Shown one piece after another: positions 60,544 to 64,000 of a stretch of DNA of 64,000 nucleotides (positions within the stretch are counted from its first letter, which is position 1; every line of letters starts with the position of its first letter). The notes beneath the pieces were generated by a model, which was not told where the DNA came from, did no database searches, and saw nothing but the letters and a program-made list of their open reading frames with translations. Source of the stretch: an uncultured Bacilli bacterium (lineage in GTDB: Bacteria; Bacillota_I; Bacilli_A; RFN20; CAG-631); contig CANQTM010000006.1 of the NCBI GenBank assembly GCA_947626825.1, positions 6,757 through 70,756 on the forward strand, read 5' to 3'. The position numbers and the translations under genes were made by a program.

Positions 60544-61743
60544 ATGGCAACAATTGCAAAAGTTGAAAATAGTTCTTCAAACAATAACAATAAGTCAAAT
60601 AATGTCAAAAAAAATGTTTCAATTGATACCATTCAAGCAGAATATGAAAGCACTAAATCACAAATTAGAAAAATTTTAGGAAAAACTAAAGATAAAAGTG
60701 ATTTAAAGGATGAAGATAAAAATTCATTAAGAAGTTTATATCTAAAAGCTGCACAATATGCCAAGACACTTAGCGAACGTGTAACTGATGAAAAAGAACA
60801 AGTTACATATAAAGACGAGTGGAAATTTTTAACTGAACGTGCAGCAGGATATGGTAGCACTATTAACAACACAATTCCTAGTACAACATTTGATGATGTA
60901 AAAGGGTTAGAGTCAGTTAAAAAAATTGTTAAAAGTTTTATGTTTATGTTACAACATGATGATATTATAAAACATTATAAAATGGAAAGTGGCTTTGGAA
61001 TGTTGATGTATGGCGCTCCAGGAACTGGAAAAACAATGTTTGCTGAAGCTTTAGCAAATGCTATGAATTTACCTTTATTTATTGTTACTCCAGCAGATAT
61101 TTTTAAATCATATGTTGGCGAATCAGAACAAGCAGTTAAAAGAATTTTTGAAGAAATTGATGCTTGTGATGATGGTGCAATTTTATTTGTAGATGAATGT
61201 GAAAGCATTTTCAGTAAAAGAACAAATGATACTAAAGATTATAAAGCTGCAGTAACTACAGAATTACTTCAAAGAATAAATGGTTTTGGTGTAAATGGCT
61301 CTAAAAGAGTTCTTGTAGCTGCAACAAATAGGCCAGATGTTATTGACCCTGCTTATTTACGTTATAAAAGATTTTCTCATTTAGTACATGTAACACCTCC
61401 AGACAAAGAAGCAGCCACAGCCATCATTTATGGAAAAGTTAGTCAAGAAATGTTAGAGCCAGGATTTAATGTTTCTGAAATTCCTAATATGATTATTAAA
61501 GATAAAGTTGTTGATGGTATTACAATTCCTTATGAAAAAGGAGATAGATATTCAGCAGCTGATTTGTGTGGCATTGTTGAAGAAGCTTGTCGCTTTGCTA
61601 TTGAAAAGATTCAAGAAATGGGATTAAATCATCCAATTCCATTGACTAGAGAAATGTTTCAAAATGCAATAGCTAAAATACCACCAAGTATTACTGTTGA
61701 AACTTTAGAATTATATAATAATTTTAGAAAAAATATTGATTAA
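60544..61743 (+). CDS. Single-ring classic AAA+ ATPase with N-terminal three-helix MIT-like domain (Vps4-like architecture)
   Basis: TFDDVKGL, MYGAPGTGKT, KSYVGESE, ILFVDECE, AATNRPDVID..LRYKRF, YSAADL, C-terminal PPSIT...YNNF; N-terminal LYLKAAQY...LTERAA. Confidence 0.85.
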   Translation: MATIAKVENSSSNNNNKSNNVKKNVSIDTIQAEYESTKSQIRKILGKTKDKSDLKDEDKNSLRSLYLKAAQYAKTLSERVTDEKEQVTYKDEWKFLTERAAGYGSTINNTIPSTTFDDVKGLESVKKIVKSFMFMLQHDDIIKHYKMESGFGMLMYGAPGTGKTMFAEALANAMNLPLFIVTPADIFKSYVGESEQAVKRIFEEIDACDDGAILFVDECESIFSKRTNDTKDYKAAVTTELLQRINGFGVNGSKRVLVAATNRPDVIDPAYLRYKRFSHLVHVTPPDKEAATAIIYGKVSQEMLEPGFNVSEIPNMIIKDKVVDGITIPYEKGDRYSAADLCGIVEEACRFAIEKIQEMGLNHPIPLTREMFQNAIAKIPPSITVETLELYNNFRKNID

Positions 61744-61766
61744 AAAAAGAAAGGGGAGATAGTTTT

Positions 61767-62975
61767 ATGCCAAAGTTAGATGACAAAATTGAAAATAACA
61801 ATCAATCAACGATTGAAGATGAAGATATCAATTTTGTTTTGCCAGATGGCTATGATGGAATAGAATGTCTTCGCGAATATATAAAAAATAAAGAAGACGA
61901 ATCTCAATCCATTGTCTCTCTTTCTAATCAATTACTATCTCAAAAATTAAAATATCAAAAAACAAAAAAGACATTAAAAAAGCATGAATTTTATGCTTTG
62001 GAAGCAAAAGATAACGTAAAAGCTCAATATTGGCATCAAAAATTAGATGAAATAGATATTAAAATCAAAGATTGTGAAGAAAAAATTTTTGATTATACAT
62101 TTAAAATTGATGCAATTAACAAACAAATTTATAAATATAAATATCAACTAGCAATATATTATGAAAAAGAAATATATAATACATTATCAAAATATCCATT
62201 TCATAATTCCTGTTATCAGGTAACTCTAAAAGATTTTGATAAAAAATTTTCAGATTTTAAAGATAATGATGAATCAAATGCGTTAATCATGACTCAACCT
62301 ATTCATAGTGGGAGTGCTCCAGTTTCTAAGAAAAAGGTGAATCTAGATCAAATAAAAACTTTAACTGGTTATTTTCTAAATCTTGAAATAGATATTGATA
62401 GTTTATTAAAAATAAAATCAATACCTAAAACTCCTTTAAAGAAAATGAGTTCATCTAATTATAAACAAGGTGAATTACCAAATGATACACTTTATGAACA
62501 TAAAACCATTAGTATAATTTGTTTAGTCATAGAATGTTTAATGCAAATTAAATGTAAAGATGAAGATTATAATGAAATAATGGAACATGCAAATAATCGA
62601 ATTAGCAAATTTTTTAAATTATCACATTATGAATATACTGGTAATAATAAATATATTAGAGAAACATTACTTGATGATTGTATTTTAAATGATTTTATAT
62701 TTAAAATTGATCATCGTAAAAGTTTAGTTGAATATGTATATAATCAAAAAGATGAAAATAAAATATATGATTATATAAATGAATGCATAATTTTGTATAA
62801 TAGCTTAATTTATGATAATCGTTTAAAAAATACGAAAGCAATTTTACGTAGTCAAGATGCTAAAAAAGAATATTTTAACTTTACTAAAAAAATATCTTTG
62901 GAAAACAAATTAACATTTAATGAATTTAAAAATACAATTGATAAATTACAAGAATTAAATTATAAAACAACATAA
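61767..62975 (+). CDS. Hypothetical protein with N-terminal coiled-coil, last gene of the operon
   Basis: GGGGAG RBS; heptads KLDEIDIKIKDCEEKI...; no motif recognised. Confidence 0.7.
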   Translation: MPKLDDKIENNNQSTIEDEDINFVLPDGYDGIECLREYIKNKEDESQSIVSLSNQLLSQKLKYQKTKKTLKKHEFYALEAKDNVKAQYWHQKLDEIDIKIKDCEEKIFDYTFKIDAINKQIYKYKYQLAIYYEKEIYNTLSKYPFHNSCYQVTLKDFDKKFSDFKDNDESNALIMTQPIHSGSAPVSKKKVNLDQIKTLTGYFLNLEIDIDSLLKIKSIPKTPLKKMSSSNYKQGELPNDTLYEHKTISIICLVIECLMQIKCKDEDYNEIMEHANNRISKFFKLSHYEYTGNNKYIRETLLDDCILNDFIFKIDHRKSLVEYVYNQKDENKIYDYINECIILYNSLIYDNRLKNTKAILRSQDAKKEYFNFTKKISLENKLTFNEFKNTIDKLQELNYKTT

Positions 62976-63082
62976 TTTTATAAATCTAAAATTGATAATC
63001 AAAAAAATGTTTAAAACTAAATGAATTGTCAAAAGATTATATTATAAATATTTAAAATTGTGTAAATATTGTTATGTTAAAT

Positions 63083-63138
63083 AAAAATAAAAGATTGATA
63101 CGAAAATGAATTATTATTAAATCAATCTTTTTATTTTT
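63083..63138. terminator. Inverted repeat after the operon, probable terminator
   Basis: AAAAATAAAAGATTGAT-21 nt-ATCAATCTTTTTATTTTT. Confidence 0.55.
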
Positions 63139-63633
63139 GCCATTTTTTTTAACATTTGAAAAAAGTAAATTGTACAAAAAAATAAAATTTGTAAATTTTA
63201 TCTTAATAACGCATAATAACGCAATTTTTATTAAAAAAAGTTTTTTAAAAAACTATTTACATTAAAATGCACTAATGCTAAACTGAAAATAAGCAATTTA
63301 GATATATTTTAAATTATTCTATATTGTGAATAACATTTAAATTTATAACTTATTAAAAAAATGTTTAATAAGTAAGATTTTATAATATAAAAACTTGGCT
63401 TTCGACAAAATAATACAATTTTGTTGATAAGAAAATTTTCAAAATTAAAAGGTGTCAAAATTGCGATTAGAGACCTTATTTTTCCTTATAAATATAATAT
63501 ATAATTAGGCTGTAAAGAAATATATATTTTTTTACAAATTATTATTAGTTATATCTATTTATATGATAGATATTCAAAAAAAAGATTAAATTTTTTTAAC
63601 AAAGTTTAGTCTAGAAAGGAGAAATATGATACT

Positions 63634-64000
63634 ATGACCAAAAAGCCACCATTTGCATCTGATACACTAAAATCTAAATGTTCTAGTAGAACTAAATTGC
63701 TTTTTCAAAATGCTTTTGTCTATATGGTTGTTGATGAAGGAATTTCTTTATCAAAAATAAAAATCACTCAATTGGCAAGTCATGCTAATAGAGATCGTAA
63801 AGTTTTTTATAATTACTATTCTAGTGTTAAAGGAATTTATAATGAAATCAAAAATCATTTTCTATATGATTTAAGATTACAAATTTCCAAAGATCTTACT
63901 AATATTAATGAAAAAGAAATTATTAATTGTCATTTTAATATAATGATGTGCATTGTTACACACACAAACATTGTTAAATTATTATCTAAAGCACCATATA
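63634..64000 (+). CDS. TetR/AcrR family transcriptional regulator, 5' part
   Basis: Not in the ORF track. MTKKPPF...RTKLLFQNAF...SKIKITQLASHANRDRKVFYNYYSSV HTH; AAAGGAG RBS; open to the window end. Confidence 0.75.
   Translation, partial: MTKKPPFASDTLKSKCSSRTKLLFQNAFVYMVVDEGISLSKIKITQLASHANRDRKVFYNYYSSVKGIYNEIKNHFLYDLRLQISKDLTNINEKEIINCHFNIMMCIVTHTNIVKLLSKAPY

Noticed and set aside
63204-63223. Tandem TAATAACGCA x2 as a regulatory repeat
   Set aside because: Only two copies in very AT-rich DNA; cannot be told from chance
1-64000. Mollicute genetic code 4 (TGA = Trp)
   Set aside because: Long ORFs are open in code 11, use TGG for Trp, and TGA ends the AAA-DUF4143 gene at the expected family C-terminus

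Overview
Very AT-rich DNA from a low-GC Bacilli-type bacterium (code 11; sporulation genes present; an uncultured gut Bacilli lineage is an inference). About 1-22.9 kb is mostly core genome: priA, gmk, rqcH, a cotD/yjcZ-like sporulation mini-operon, an atypical HU, two lipoproteins, mscL, miaA-mutL-mutS, tsaE-tsaB-rimI-tsaD, an RCC1-repeat surface protein, an AAA-DUF4143 ATPase with a 4x33-bp operator array, and tRNA-Gln(CTG). About 22.9-63.6 kb is accessory. It holds a tyrosine recombinase followed by an invertible-promoter-like switch (27493-27711) upstream of surface lipoproteins (MACPF, aerolysin-like, and two BspA-LRR paralogs). After nested IS remnants and the 3' stub of a second recombinase there is a second, homologous switch (38710-38900). 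It sits directly upstream of a 24-kb, 11-gene operon: divergent Hsp70-fold protein, SNF2 helicase, Cys-rich partner, membrane-anchored MBG-repeat protein, Zn-ribbon/Sel1 protein, coiled-coils, zincin, DUF4011-SF1 helicase, and a MIT-like AAA+ ATPase. Both switch promoters point away from their target genes in this assembly (OFF). This apparently phase-variable operon is the main candidate for an undescribed system. All protein calls come from motif reading by eye; no searches were run.
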